A stretch of 64,000 nucleotides of DNA from Myxococcales bacterium. Lineage in GTDB: Bacteria; Myxococcota_A; UBA9042; JABWCM01. Location of the stretch: NCBI GenBank assembly GCA_013360285.1, contig JABWCM010000002.1, forward strand, positions 29,469-93,468, written 5' to 3'. Both the position numbers and the translations under genes were made by a program. Under the pieces are notes generated by a model that ran no database searches, was not told where the DNA came from, and saw only the letters and a list, made by a program, of their open reading frames with translations. This document shows, one piece after another, positions 8,872 through 19,140 of the stretch (the stretch's first letter is position 1; the number at the start of each line of letters is the position of its first letter).

Positions 8872-9712
8872 CGTGTTGGTGTCAGTACCCCCGAAAGAGC
8901 ATATGGCGCCGCTTCCGGTCCGGGTGCTTAAGTCACACCGGGAGCTTGCGGATACGTGGACCCTTGAGTTGGATTCAGGACCACTGGGAGCGAAATTTGC
9001 TCCAGGTCAGTTCAACATGCTGTATGTGTTTGGGGTCGGGGAAATTCCGGTTTCGATCAGCGGTGATCCCCTGAATACATCACGATGGATACACACGATT
9101 CGGTCGGTTGGATTGGCCAGTGCGGCATTATGTGCAACAAAATCCGGTGAAATGGTGGGGGTTCGGGGGCCGTACGGGACCTGTTGGCCCATGGAAGCGG
9201 CAGAAGGGAATGATTTGCTGTTTGTGTGTGGGGGACTGGGGCTTGCTCCGTTGCGACCGGCGATTCTAACTGCTCTTCGATTGCGTGAGCGATACGGAAG
9301 AATTGCAGTGCTGGTAGGGGCCAGAGAGCCCACCGCGTTGCTTTTTGAAAAAGAGCTGCATGTGTGGCGTGGACGCTTTGATGTACAGGTGGAAGTGACG
9401 GTGGACTCTGCGGGTCGTGGTTGGTTTGGCGAGGTGGGGTGGGTAACCCGCCTCATTGACCACGTTCGTTTTGACACCGATTTCACGTATGCGATGGTAT
9501 GCGGTCCGGAAATCATGATGCGGCTGGCTGCTCGGGACTTGGTGGAACGCGGAGTCGCAGCAGAGAACGTTTTCCTGTCGCTGGAACGTAACATGAAGTG
9601 TGCAATCGCGCTTTGTGGGCATTGCCAATACGGAACGACGCTTCTGTGTCGGGACGGTGCGGTGTTGCCATACTCCCGCGTTGCTTCCTGGTTGGGGATA
9701 CGGGAGTTGTGA
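8855..9712 (+). CDS. hydrogenase gamma subunit (AsrB/HydG-like FAD/NAD(P)-binding, 2Fe-2S oxidoreductase)
   Basis: The fold is ferredoxin-reductase-like (GQFNMLYVFGVGEIPVSIS; LLFVCGGLGLAPLRP), with a C-terminal Cys cluster CAIALCGHCQ...LCRDG. The start is uncertain: ATG 8855, GTG 8873 after a GAGGG, or ATG 8903. Confidence 0.8.
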   Translation: MGAEGNVLVSVPPKEHMAPLPVRVLKSHRELADTWTLELDSGPLGAKFAPGQFNMLYVFGVGEIPVSISGDPLNTSRWIHTIRSVGLASAALCATKSGEMVGVRGPYGTCWPMEAAEGNDLLFVCGGLGLAPLRPAILTALRLRERYGRIAVLVGAREPTALLFEKELHVWRGRFDVQVEVTVDSAGRGWFGEVGWVTRLIDHVRFDTDFTYAMVCGPEIMMRLAARDLVERGVAAENVFLSLERNMKCAIALCGHCQYGTTLLCRDGAVLPYSRVASWLGIREL

Positions 9713-9713
9713 C

Positions 9714-10505
9714 ATGGCGGCAGCAAAACCCAAATTGGCGGTGTGGAAATTTGCGTCATGCGACGGATGTCAATTGACGTTGCTTGATTGCGAAGACGAA
9801 CTGTTGAGTCTTACCCACCACATTCACATTGCAAACTTTCTGGAAGCATCACGCGAAGTTGTACCCGGTCCATACGATTTGTCATTGGTTGAAGGATCGA
9901 TCACCACAAACCATGATGCCGAAAGAATTCAGAAAATTCGCCAATCATCTCGTTTTCTCGTGACGATTGGTGCGTGCGCGACTTCCGGCGGCATTCAGGC
10001 ACTCAAAAACTACGCCGACACAGATGAATTCATTCGTTATGTTTATGCGTCTCCTGGCTATATTAAGACGTTATCCACATCGACTCCGATTTCGAGCCAC
10101 GTAACGGTTGATTACGAGTTGCGCGGATGTCCGATTAGCAAGACACAATTACTGGAAGTGATTAACGCTTTTCTGACCAAGCGGCGTCCGGCAATCCCAG
10201 ACCAGTCCGTGTGTATGGACTGCAAAGCGAAAGGAACCGTTTGTGTGATGGTTTCAAAAGGAACCGCTTGTTTGGGGCCTATTACTCACTCCGGATGCGG
10301 CGCATTGTGTCCGTCCTATGACCGCGGTTGTTTTGGCTGTTATGGTCCGCAGGGTTCGGCAAACACCACCGGTTTGTCGGCTCGATTGAAGTCCGTTGGT
10401 CTGACCGATGACCAGCTTGTTCGTGTATTTCGTACTTTTAATGCGGCAGCTCCCGCATTCCACGATGCGGGGTTGGCCCATGAGCGACAAAACGAGACGA
10501 ATTGA
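9714..10505 (+). CDS. [NiFe]-hydrogenase small (delta) subunit, NuoB/20-kDa-like
   Basis: The ATG at 9714 lies 2 nt after the upstream stop. The N-terminus is [33 protein letters not shown] and distal Cys clusters [11 protein letters not shown] and [15 protein letters not shown] are present. Confidence 0.88.
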   Translation: MAAAKPKLAVWKFASCDGCQLTLLDCEDELLSLTHHIHIANFLEASREVVPGPYDLSLVEGSITTNHDAERIQKIRQSSRFLVTIGACATSGGIQALKNYADTDEFIRYVYASPGYIKTLSTSTPISSHVTVDYELRGCPISKTQLLEVINAFLTKRRPAIPDQSVCMDCKAKGTVCVMVSKGTACLGPITHSGCGALCPSYDRGCFGCYGPQGSANTTGLSARLKSVGLTDDQLVRVFRTFNAAAPAFHDAGLAHERQNETN

Positions 10506-11775
10506 CGTCAATTATCTGGCTCGAGTGGAAGGCGAGGGGGCATTTCACCTGGTTTTACGCGGTAGCGAAGTGGTTGACGCGAAGCTGCGCATTTATGAAC
10601 CGCCTCGCTTTTTTGAAGCATTTTTGCGTGGACGTGATTTTCGCGAGGCTCCGGACATTACAGCACGAATCTGCGGAATATGTCCCGTTGCCTACCAAAT
10701 GAGTGCCGTACATGCCATGGAAGACGCGGCGGGTGTCAAAATTGGCGGTCCTCTTCGAGAATTACGGCGATTATTGTACTGCGGCGAGTGGATCGAGAGC
10801 CATACCCTACACGTAGCCATGCTCCACGCGCCGGATTTTCTTGGATACGAGAGCGCGATTCATATGGCAAAGGATCATCCGGATGTCGTGTCTCGTGCAC
10901 TGGCTCTCAAAAAGGTCGGAAACGAAATTGTCGCTCTTGTTGGCGGTCGAGAAATTCATCCCATCAATGTCAAAGTGGGTGGTTTTTATCGTGTTCCGTC
11001 GCGGAACGAGCTGCGAGCCCTCATTCCCAGGCTGGAGAAGGCTTTTGCGGAAGCAATCACGCTGGGACAGTGGGTTTCGACTTTTGACTTCCCGGATTTT
11101 TCGTTTGATTACGAATTTGTTTCTCTCCGACACCCAACAGAGTACCCGTTTAATGAAGGTAGGATCGTTTCCAACCGTGGACTGGATATTGCCGTCGCGG
11201 ATTATGAAAAACACTTCCAGGAACAACATGTTGCGCACTCCAATGCGCTGCATTCGGTCCGTGTAGGTGCCGGGCCATATCACGTCGGACCATTGGCTAG
11301 ATTTGCGCTCAACTCCGATAAGTTACCAACCCACCTCAAGGATTTTGCAAAGAATGCAGGGGTTTGGCCTGTTTGTACCAACCCGTTTAAGAGCATCGTG
11401 GTTCGCGCCATCGAGGTCATTTATGCGTGTGATGAAGCCCTACGTATTGTGCGAAGCTACGAAGAACCGGATGGGCCGGCAGTTTCGGTCGATCCCGTTG
11501 ATGCCGAGGGTTTTGCTTGTACTGAAGCACCAAGGGGATCACTTTACCATCGATATCGGTTAGATAAGGGCGGGTTGATCACCGACGCTCGTATTGTTCC
11601 CCCAACGTCCCAAAATCAAAAAACCATTGAAGACGATCTCCGCCGATTGGTTCCAACGATGCCCACCGACAATGATGAGTTGTTACAGTGGCGCTGTGAG
11701 CAGGCGGTGCGCAACTATGATCCTTGTATTTCCTGTGCAACCCACTTTCTGCGTATGAACGTTGTTCGACAATGA
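10480..11775 (+). CDS. [NiFe]-hydrogenase large (alpha) subunit
   Basis: The protein begins [20 protein letters not shown]. The N-terminal Ni-binding motif [10 protein letters not shown] and the C-terminal DPCISCATH are present, followed by a 9-aa tail (FLRMNVVRQ) of the kind removed by the maturation endopeptidase. Confidence 0.92.
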   Translation: MSDKTRRIDVNYLARVEGEGAFHLVLRGSEVVDAKLRIYEPPRFFEAFLRGRDFREAPDITARICGICPVAYQMSAVHAMEDAAGVKIGGPLRELRRLLYCGEWIESHTLHVAMLHAPDFLGYESAIHMAKDHPDVVSRALALKKVGNEIVALVGGREIHPINVKVGGFYRVPSRNELRALIPRLEKAFAEAITLGQWVSTFDFPDFSFDYEFVSLRHPTEYPFNEGRIVSNRGLDIAVADYEKHFQEQHVAHSNALHSVRVGAGPYHVGPLARFALNSDKLPTHLKDFAKNAGVWPVCTNPFKSIVVRAIEVIYACDEALRIVRSYEEPDGPAVSVDPVDAEGFACTEAPRGSLYHRYRLDKGGLITDARIVPPTSQNQKTIEDDLRRLVPTMPTDNDELLQWRCEQAVRNYDPCISCATHFLRMNVVRQ

Positions 11776-12548
11776 GCAATTGGCTTGTTCTTGGTGTCGG
11801 CAACATGGATCGTGGGGACGACGGCGTAGGGAGACTTGTTGTTCGCGCGTTGCCTGCCGAAACACAGGCTCCATGTAGTGTTCAGGAAACAAATGGCGAT
11901 GCTGCGGCCATGTTGGCGGCTTTTTCGGGTTACAACGCGGTGGTGATCGTTGACGCGGTCCAGACCGGAGCCGAGCCAGGCGAGATTTTTGTATGGGACG
12001 TGTCGCAACGAGCGCTCCCGGTCGGTATCCAGTGTGCGTCAACGCACGCGTTAGGCGTGGCGTCGGCGATTGAGCTTGCACGGGCACTGGGGACGTTGCC
12101 GGCCAAAACGTATGTCATTGGAATTGAGAGTACCCAGTTTACCCCGGGATGCCGGGTTTCTCCCCAGGTTTTTGCTGCCGTCGAGTCCGCCGTGGACAGG
12201 ATTCAGGCCATTGTTGGGTTTCGATCTTTCAGCGCACAGGATCCGTTCCGGTGGCAGGCGAACGGAGCCAAGGAGCCAGAGCAGATGCATGAAATGTCTT
12301 TAATTACTGATTTGCTTCGCAAAATGAATCAAGTGTGCAAAGAAAATAACGCGGACCGTGTTCGTGGAATAACGGTGCAACTGGGGCCATTGGCGCATAT
12401 TTCGGCGGACCACCTGCGCGAACATTTTTGCGAGGCAGTACACGGAACACCCGCCGAAGGTGCTGTTTTGAATGTGGTTGAATTAACTGATGAGACCCAT
12501 CCATTGGCGCAGGATATCGTGTTGTTGAGTGTGGATGTGGACGAATAA
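11772..12548 (+). CDS. hydrogenase maturation endopeptidase (HycI/HoxW-like) running in-frame into a truncated HypA-like unit
   Basis: ATGA overlap with the large-subunit stop. The N-terminus ([20 protein letters not shown]) and DAV...THALG are typical of the protease. No stop codon occurs before an internal AAGGAG-N9-ATG at 12285, which opens MHEMSL..., the HypA N-terminal Ni motif. This HypA-like part is 87 aa and lacks the CxxC...CxxC zinc site. Confidence 0.75.
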   Translation: MSNWLVLGVGNMDRGDDGVGRLVVRALPAETQAPCSVQETNGDAAAMLAAFSGYNAVVIVDAVQTGAEPGEIFVWDVSQRALPVGIQCASTHALGVASAIELARALGTLPAKTYVIGIESTQFTPGCRVSPQVFAAVESAVDRIQAIVGFRSFSAQDPFRWQANGAKEPEQMHEMSLITDLLRKMNQVCKENNADRVRGITVQLGPLAHISADHLREHFCEAVHGTPAEGAVLNVVELTDETHPLAQDIVLLSVDVDE

Positions 12549-12568
12549 GCCAGCGGTCAGAGGAAGAG

Positions 12569-14932
12569 ATGGTCGTCCGTCACGTGGTTCACTTGATTGG
12601 TACTGTGCAGGGGGTAGGATTTCGACCAACAGTCATTAAGTTAGCGATGTCCCACGGCGTGTCTGGTTGGGTCAGAAACGGCGGTGGCGCGGCAGAAATC
12701 GTTTGTGAGGGGGAGCAACCCATAGTGGACCGGTTTTTGCGTGATGTTCGAAATCACCTGCCTCCGGGTGCAACAATTCTAAACTGGTCGGAAAAATCAG
12801 AGGAACCGGCGGGATTGGTCGGATTTTTGGCGCGCGAAAGTGCGATGATTGGGGATGGGCTCGGCGTTGTACCGGATCGTGCGCCTTGTTCGAACTGCTT
12901 GGCCGAGATGTCCGATCCCACCGATCGTCGGTTTCGTTATCCGTTTATTAATTGTACCGGTTGTGGACCGCGATGGACCATTGTTTTGGACTTGCCTTAC
13001 GACCGCGAACGGACGTCGATGCGCTCTTTTCTTTTGTGTGCCGACTGTGCGGTTGAATACGGCGAACCATCGAGCCGCAGATTCCATGCTGAACCGATCG
13101 CATGCCCTGTGTGTGGGCCCCGGTTGACCCTTCTCGATGCTGGTGGACTTGAACTCGCACGCGGAGAAGGTGCGTTGGCCACATCGCGCCAAATGCTTGT
13201 CGACGGAAAAATACTTGTGCTCAAAGGCGTCGGTGGCTTCCAGTACTGTTGTCGGGCAGACGACGACCGGGTTGTACGTTGGCTGCGCCTTCGGAAAGGG
13301 CGACCCGACAAACCTTTTGCGTTAATGGTTTCAACCATACACGACGTGAAACGAACCTGTCGTGTGTCCGGGCAAGAACAACGACTCTTACAAAGCCCGG
13401 AGGCCCCCATTGTGTTGTTGGGCCGTCGACATGGTGTTGCTGTTGCTTGGTCCGTAGCACCGCGGCTGAGGCACCTGGGTATGATGCTGCCTTCTTCGCC
13501 GTTACACCATTTGTTGATACAGAATCTTGGTTTTCCGCTGGTTGTCACCAGTGCTAATCTTAGTGGTGAGCCGATTTGTATTACTGATGACGAAGCTAAA
13601 ACAAAACTGCAGAACACTTTTTCTGGATTTCTGACCCACGACCGGGACATCGTTCGTCCGGTTGATGATTCGGTGGTCCAGGTCGTGGGACGAAAAATGC
13701 AAATGGTACGGCGGGCTCGTGGGTATTCGCCCATGACGTTGCCGACCTATCAACGGACCGACGGATGCATCGTCGGGCTAGGAGGACACCTAAAAAACAC
13801 CGTTGCTTTGTTGCGGAATTCGACTGTTGTTGTTGGGCAGGTTGTGGGCGACCTCGATACAGTTGCGGCGACTACGGTGCATCGGAAAAGTGTTGCCGAT
13901 CTGGTGCGACTGACACGCTCAGCGCCTAACTTTGTGGTTGCCGATTGGCATCCTGATTATCGGACCACTCAGGAGGCATCACAGTGGCCCCATCCCATCA
14001 TTCGTATACAGCATCACCATGCCCACGTCGCGGCGGCCATCGCCGAATATGGGTTACGCGGACCGGTTGTCGGGGTCGCTTGGGATGGCCTTGGTTTGGG
14101 GGAACGAAACGAGCTGTGGGGTGGAGAATGGCTTTATGTGGATGGTCATTTTGTGCGTCGGATAGCTCATTTAAGGCCGATAGATCTACCCGGCGGTGAA
14201 AGGGCTCATGTGGAGCCTTGGCGGTGTGCTGTGTCGGTGTTGGTGGACCTTTTTTCGGAGAACTGGAAAGTGGTTGCCGCCTCGATCACCGGATTGGCGC
14301 CAGTTCGGAATCGATTGGATCAGTTGGAGCATGTGTTGAAGGCAGCCGTTGAGCCGGTTCGTACCACCGCAGCCGGACGTTTGTTCGACGCGGCCGCTGC
14401 TCTGTTGGGGTGTGCTGTGTCCGTGCAGTCGTGGGAAGGCCAGGCAGCCGTCGAACTTGAGGCGAAAGCAGGGACAGGAAGCCGCCGACGTACCATGGAA
14501 AGTGGTCGTGGTGGTGGCCACTTGGCTCGATCCAGGGTATTGCGTGACGACAAAAACAAGGCTCCGGTCGTTGAGGCCGTTGCAAACCTTGTAGAGGCCC
14601 AATCCAGCCCGGTGGTGGTGGACTGGCGTCCCGCTGTATCGGCGTTGGTTCGTGGAGTACAAGCGCAGCTTACAGCAGGCGCGCTTGCCTGGGCGTTTCA
14701 TCGCGATCTGTCTCGATTGATCGCTTTGACAACAGCACGATTTGGCGTAAAAAACGTCGTCCTGGTCGGAGGATGTTTTCAGAATCGTGTGCTCGCAACC
14801 CAAACTTTGCGCGACCTTAGGTTACTCGGAATGAGACCATTTCTTCCACGGCTGTTTCCGCCAGGAGACAGTGCACTGGCGGTGGGCCAGGTGTCGGCCG
14901 CCGCTGCGATCACCGAATTTCAAGGCAGGTAG
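12569..14932 (+). CDS. hypF: carbamoyltransferase HypF
   Basis: 787 aa. It has an acylphosphatase-like N-terminus (GTVQGVGFRP), two zinc-finger pairs (CSNC...CTGCGPRW; CADC...CPVCGP), a YrdC-like region (KGVGGFQ) and a Kae1-like C-terminal domain. Confidence 0.93.
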   Translation: MVVRHVVHLIGTVQGVGFRPTVIKLAMSHGVSGWVRNGGGAAEIVCEGEQPIVDRFLRDVRNHLPPGATILNWSEKSEEPAGLVGFLARESAMIGDGLGVVPDRAPCSNCLAEMSDPTDRRFRYPFINCTGCGPRWTIVLDLPYDRERTSMRSFLLCADCAVEYGEPSSRRFHAEPIACPVCGPRLTLLDAGGLELARGEGALATSRQMLVDGKILVLKGVGGFQYCCRADDDRVVRWLRLRKGRPDKPFALMVSTIHDVKRTCRVSGQEQRLLQSPEAPIVLLGRRHGVAVAWSVAPRLRHLGMMLPSSPLHHLLIQNLGFPLVVTSANLSGEPICITDDEAKTKLQNTFSGFLTHDRDIVRPVDDSVVQVVGRKMQMVRRARGYSPMTLPTYQRTDGCIVGLGGHLKNTVALLRNSTVVVGQVVGDLDTVAATTVHRKSVADLVRLTRSAPNFVVADWHPDYRTTQEASQWPHPIIRIQHHHAHVAAAIAEYGLRGPVVGVAWDGLGLGERNELWGGEWLYVDGHFVRRIAHLRPIDLPGGERAHVEPWRCAVSVLVDLFSENWKVVAASITGLAPVRNRLDQLEHVLKAAVEPVRTTAAGRLFDAAAALLGCAVSVQSWEGQAAVELEAKAGTGSRRRTMESGRGGGHLARSRVLRDDKNKAPVVEAVANLVEAQSSPVVVDWRPAVSALVRGVQAQLTAGALAWAFHRDLSRLIALTTARFGVKNVVLVGGCFQNRVLATQTLRDLRLLGMRPFLPRLFPPGDSALAVGQVSAAAAITEFQGR

Positions 14933-14935
14933 GCT

Positions 14936-15181
14936 ATGTGTTTGGCGATTCCCGGCCAAATTGTTCGAATCTGTCGTGACATCCCCCTCACACCGATGGC
15001 CATAGTCCGTTTTGGTGAATTTGAAAAAGAAATCTGCATGGCTTATGTCCCCGACGGTCAACCTGGCGAGTGGGTCATTGCTCATGTGGGGTTTGCAATT
15101 GCGCGACTCGACGAGGCTGAGGCGCTGCGTTCCATCGCGGCCCATCAGGCGTTGGCGCGATTTGGCGCTGAAGAACCGTGA
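14936..15181 (+). CDS. hypC: hydrogenase assembly chaperone HypC
   Basis: 81 aa starting with the canonical MCLAIPGQIV. Confidence 0.92.
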   Translation: MCLAIPGQIVRICRDIPLTPMAIVRFGEFEKEICMAYVPDGQPGEWVIAHVGFAIARLDEAEALRSIAAHQALARFGAEEP

Positions 15182-16281
15182 AATATATTGACGAATTTCG
15201 AGACCCTGCACGAGTTCACATGTTGGTGGAGGCTATCCGCCGTGTGACTCAGCGTGACTGGACGATCATGGAGATCTGCGGCGGGCAGACGCATGCGATC
15301 ATGAGGTTCGGCCTCGATCAGTTGTTGCCTCCGGAAGTGAAATTGGTACACGGGCCGGGGTGCCCGGTGTGTGTTACGCCGGTTGGTTTGATCGATCAGG
15401 CCGTCGTGCTTGCCATGGAACACCGCGTTATTTTATGCAGTTTTGGCGACATGATGCGCGTTCCCGGCACTCAAATCGATCTGAACACAGCCCGTGCGTA
15501 CAATGCCGATGTGCGGATGGTCGTTTCACCGCTCGACTCCGTGAAAATCGCTTCTGAAAACCCAGATCGAGAAGTCGTTTTTTTTGCGGTAGGTTTTGAA
15601 ACAACTGCTCCGGCTAACGCGATGGCGATATTGGCCGCTCAGCGCCAGAAGTTGACCAACTTTACGGTGCTTTGTGCTCATGTAATGGTTCCGCCCGCCA
15701 TCGAGGCCATTCTTTCTACTCCAGACTGCACAATTGATGGGTTTCTGGCCGCGGGTCACGTTTGTGCCGTGATGGGTACGGATGAGTATCAGCCGCTGGT
15801 GGAGCGGTTTCGAGTTCCCATCGTTGTTACCGGCTTCGAGCCAGTGGATATCCTCGAAGGGATATTGATGTGCGTGACCCAATTGGAGTCAGCACATGCC
15901 GATTTGGAAATCCAATATCGCCGGGCAGTCCGTTCCGAAGGCAATCCAGTGGCCAAGGCGGTATTGGCGGAGGTTTTTCAGATCGAAGATCGTCAGTGGC
16001 GAGGTATGGGACAAATTGTTGGTAGCGGACTCGAGATTCGCCCTGCATTTTCGGCATGGGATGCGAAGTGTAAATTTTCTTTAGGTCGGCCAATTTTGCA
16101 GGATGTGGGTCCGTGTATTGCGGGTGATATTTTGCTCGGAAAACGTAAACCCCATCAATGTGGTGAATTTGGCAAACGATGTACGCCGCAAACGCCGCTT
16201 GGTGCGCCGATGGTGTCCAGCGAAGGTGCGTGTTCGGCGTATTATCGGTATCGGCCGTTGTTTGAAGGGAACAAAACGTGA
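15178..16281 (+). CDS. hypD: hydrogenase formation protein HypD
   Basis: 367 aa. It begins (GTG) KYIDEFRDP and carries the CGGQTH, GPGCPVCVTP and FFAVGFETT motifs. There is a GTGA overlap with hypC. Confidence 0.93.
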   Translation: MKYIDEFRDPARVHMLVEAIRRVTQRDWTIMEICGGQTHAIMRFGLDQLLPPEVKLVHGPGCPVCVTPVGLIDQAVVLAMEHRVILCSFGDMMRVPGTQIDLNTARAYNADVRMVVSPLDSVKIASENPDREVVFFAVGFETTAPANAMAILAAQRQKLTNFTVLCAHVMVPPAIEAILSTPDCTIDGFLAAGHVCAVMGTDEYQPLVERFRVPIVVTGFEPVDILEGILMCVTQLESAHADLEIQYRRAVRSEGNPVAKAVLAEVFQIEDRQWRGMGQIVGSGLEIRPAFSAWDAKCKFSLGRPILQDVGPCIAGDILLGKRKPHQCGEFGKRCTPQTPLGAPMVSSEGACSAYYRYRPLFEGNKT

Positions 16282-17324
16282 ATCTGTCATTCGGTGCATG
16301 TCCGATCCCGGTTGAGGGCGGCGACGTTGTTGTATTGGCGCATGGTGGCGGGGGGCGTCTTCAGGAGCAGTTGTTGGACAAACTAATCATGCCGATTTTT
16401 GCCAACGACGTGTTAACTACGCGCCATGACGGCGCTATCTTACCAACCTTTGGCGGCAAAACGGTCGTTACGACCGATTCATTTGTGGTGACTCCTCGAT
16501 TTTTCCCCGGCGGCAACATCGGTAAACTAGCGGTATCCGGTACAATCAACGATCTCGCGATGTGTGGTGCCCGACCGGTTGCGCTGACCGTTGCGTTGGT
16601 GATCGAGGAGGGATTTGTTTTGGCCGAACTTCGTACGATTTTGCACGCCATGCAGGAAGAGGCGCAGTCCTTGTCTGTGTCGATTGTTGCCGGAGATACC
16701 AAAGTGGTTGGCCGCGGTCAGGTGGATGGGTTGTTTATCACCACAACCGGGGTGGGAGAGGTAGTCGCCACGAATCCTGTGTTGCCACGTCGCGTTGTTC
16801 CGGGAGATGCGGTGATTGTGAGCGGCGATATCGGCCGCCATGGGATGGCGGTGTTGTGTGCTCGAAGTGGATTTCTCGACGGAGAGCCCCTGATGAGTGA
16901 TGTCGCTTCGCTTTGGCGTCCCGTGTCGGCGTTGTTCGCTGCCGGTCTGGATGTGCATTGTCTGAGGGATGCGACACGTGGTGGGTTGGCGGCCGTTGTG
17001 ACGGAAATTGCTACTTCCGCGTCCGTGACAGTGGAACTGGATGAACCCTTGATTCCCGTGGATGCAAAGGTTCGGGGAATTTGCGAATTGTTTGGCATCG
17101 ACCCCGTTCATGTGGCCAACGAAGGTCGGTTTGTTGCGTTTGTACCCGATACGATGGCGGACCGGGTTTTAGACATATTGCGTGGACAGCCTGGCTGCCA
17201 CAATGCATGTCGAGTCGGTCAGGTTGTGCCCGCTCGGATTGCACCGGTCATTTTGCGTACCGCAATAGGTGTTGAACGGATCTTGGATCGCCCCTTCGGA
17301 GAACAACTCCCTCGGATTTGCTAA
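16278..17324 (+). CDS. hypE: hydrogenase expression/formation protein HypE
   Basis: 348 aa with a PurM-like fold and the canonical C-terminal PRIC. There is a GTGA overlap with hypD. Confidence 0.93.
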   Translation: MNLSFGACPIPVEGGDVVVLAHGGGGRLQEQLLDKLIMPIFANDVLTTRHDGAILPTFGGKTVVTTDSFVVTPRFFPGGNIGKLAVSGTINDLAMCGARPVALTVALVIEEGFVLAELRTILHAMQEEAQSLSVSIVAGDTKVVGRGQVDGLFITTTGVGEVVATNPVLPRRVVPGDAVIVSGDIGRHGMAVLCARSGFLDGEPLMSDVASLWRPVSALFAAGLDVHCLRDATRGGLAAVVTEIATSASVTVELDEPLIPVDAKVRGICELFGIDPVHVANEGRFVAFVPDTMADRVLDILRGQPGCHNACRVGQVVPARIAPVILRTAIGVERILDRPFGEQLPRIC

Positions 17325-17544
17325 TTTAAACTTACTTCGTGGTTAATTAGACCGGGATTGGTTCCGAATCGAAGTTGTTTGACGTGGGTTTCCGTGGTTG
17401 GCGGTTACATACCCACCTGCCATTTCATCGGATCTGCGGCGGCTAAACGCAAAACGGTATCGATGTGTGTTGCAATCCATTGTGTACTTCGGCATCGTAA
17501 TACAACGTTGCGGATGAGGGGGCAGACGAGTTTCAACACAAGGG

Positions 17545-18930
17545 TTGTGCTACATGGGTCGATTGGGAACACAATGGTGCGTCACTGCGGCACTCGTATC
17601 TGTAGTAATGATGGTAGCGTGTGATTCCGCGGTACAAGAGCAGCCGGGTCAACCCTATCTTGCGCCGCCAAGTTCAGAGCCGTTGCCGGATATCCAGCAA
17701 CTTGGCTCCGTTGGCAAAGATGTTGGCCAGTCGATGCCGAGTCCTGAAGATGATGTTGATTTTTCAGCACCCGACGCGACGATGAATGATTCCGGTTCGA
17801 CGTGGCCCGGCGACGTGGGCGCGGAGGCGGATTGGGGTGTTGAGGACCCCACAGACACGGTAACAACAACGGACACCGGTCACTGGATGCCATTGGACGT
17901 TGCAGATGAATCCGATGTTGTGATTGTCGACGTGGTTGAACCGGTCGATACTACCTTTGTAGATCCGGAGATACACACGGGGGATCCTGAGGATGCGGGC
18001 AGCACGACCGATTTTGTGCAGGGCACTCCCGATCTGGTCATCGATCCTCCCGATCAAGGAGGGAGTGGTCAACCAGACGTTGTGGAGCCTCCATCATACG
18101 ATTGTTCGGCGGTTCCACCAGGTCCGTTTCAACTGAAAAAGCTGAGTGGTCCAATGGCCAGCGAAGATTTGGCATTTGACGCAGCGGGCAACGTAGTGGG
18201 CAGCAATGACAAAGCGATCTTTAAGAGCCCTTATGGTGGAGCTCCGCAGGTATTTGTGCCGAGTATTTCTTTCCGTGCCGGATTGCGGTACCTGCCGGAT
18301 GGTAATTTAGTCGTGTGTAATGATAAGAAAGGGGAACTCACACGCATTGATCCAAACGGAGTTCAGTACAAGATTCTCGGTGGATTGGCATATCCCAACG
18401 GTTTGACTGTGGATATGAAGGGTCTCGTGTATTTCACCGAGCACGACGGCAACAAAGTGTGGCGAGTGCATCCCTATACTTCGGAAAAATTGTTGCTGAC
18501 AAACCAGATCAAAAATCCCAACGGGGTTATTTTCAGCCCGGACTACAAAACCCTTTATATTGATGGCTTTTCGGGAGTGGGCACTATCTACAAGATTCAG
18601 TTTGATGACAATGGTAATCCCGGTCCACTAACGAATTTTGCAACGAAAGTGGGCACGGGATGGCTTGACGGGCTTGGTGTAGATGTATGTGGAAACGTTT
18701 ATGTTTGTGACTACGGACAAACCGTGGTGTATCGGATTTCCCCGGACGGACAATCTAAAGTGAAAGTGATCGATGGGTCTAAGATATCAGGCACTTACCT
18801 TCCGAATATGCAGTGGGGAAGTGGTTTGGGGGGCTGGGATCCCCTGAAACTGTACCTTCCGGATGGTTGGAAAAAAGGGGTGTTTGAAGTCGACCTGCAA
18901 GTGCCGGCACCGCCGCGACCCTATCCATAA
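17545..18930 (+). CDS. SMP-30/gluconolactonase/LRE-like beta-propeller lipoprotein
   Basis: Lipobox MMVAC-DS followed by a long acidic Asp/Pro/Thr linker. The C-terminal ~280 aa carries propeller blades (SEDLAFDAAGNVV, YPNGLTVD, NPNGVIFSPD, LDGLGVDVCGNVYV). Confidence 0.7.
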   Translation: MCYMGRLGTQWCVTAALVSVVMMVACDSAVQEQPGQPYLAPPSSEPLPDIQQLGSVGKDVGQSMPSPEDDVDFSAPDATMNDSGSTWPGDVGAEADWGVEDPTDTVTTTDTGHWMPLDVADESDVVIVDVVEPVDTTFVDPEIHTGDPEDAGSTTDFVQGTPDLVIDPPDQGGSGQPDVVEPPSYDCSAVPPGPFQLKKLSGPMASEDLAFDAAGNVVGSNDKAIFKSPYGGAPQVFVPSISFRAGLRYLPDGNLVVCNDKKGELTRIDPNGVQYKILGGLAYPNGLTVDMKGLVYFTEHDGNKVWRVHPYTSEKLLLTNQIKNPNGVIFSPDYKTLYIDGFSGVGTIYKIQFDDNGNPGPLTNFATKVGTGWLDGLGVDVCGNVYVCDYGQTVVYRISPDGQSKVKVIDGSKISGTYLPNMQWGSGLGGWDPLKLYLPDGWKKGVFEVDLQVPAPPRPYP

Positions 18931-19140
18931 TGCCTTCTGATCGCCTCACGCCGTTATCGACGACAAATCTTGTTCCCCCGGGTCTCGTTTATGGTGCGAA
19001 CGCAGGGGTCGCGGAGGATACCTTCGTATCCAAGCCCCTGCAGGTGGTGGGGACTGTAACCAAATCCGTACTTTGTCCACAGGTTAGTAATGGCGGCGGT
19101 GGGCGGCTGTGGTACTGTTAGGTGAAGGAGTTTGTTGACC

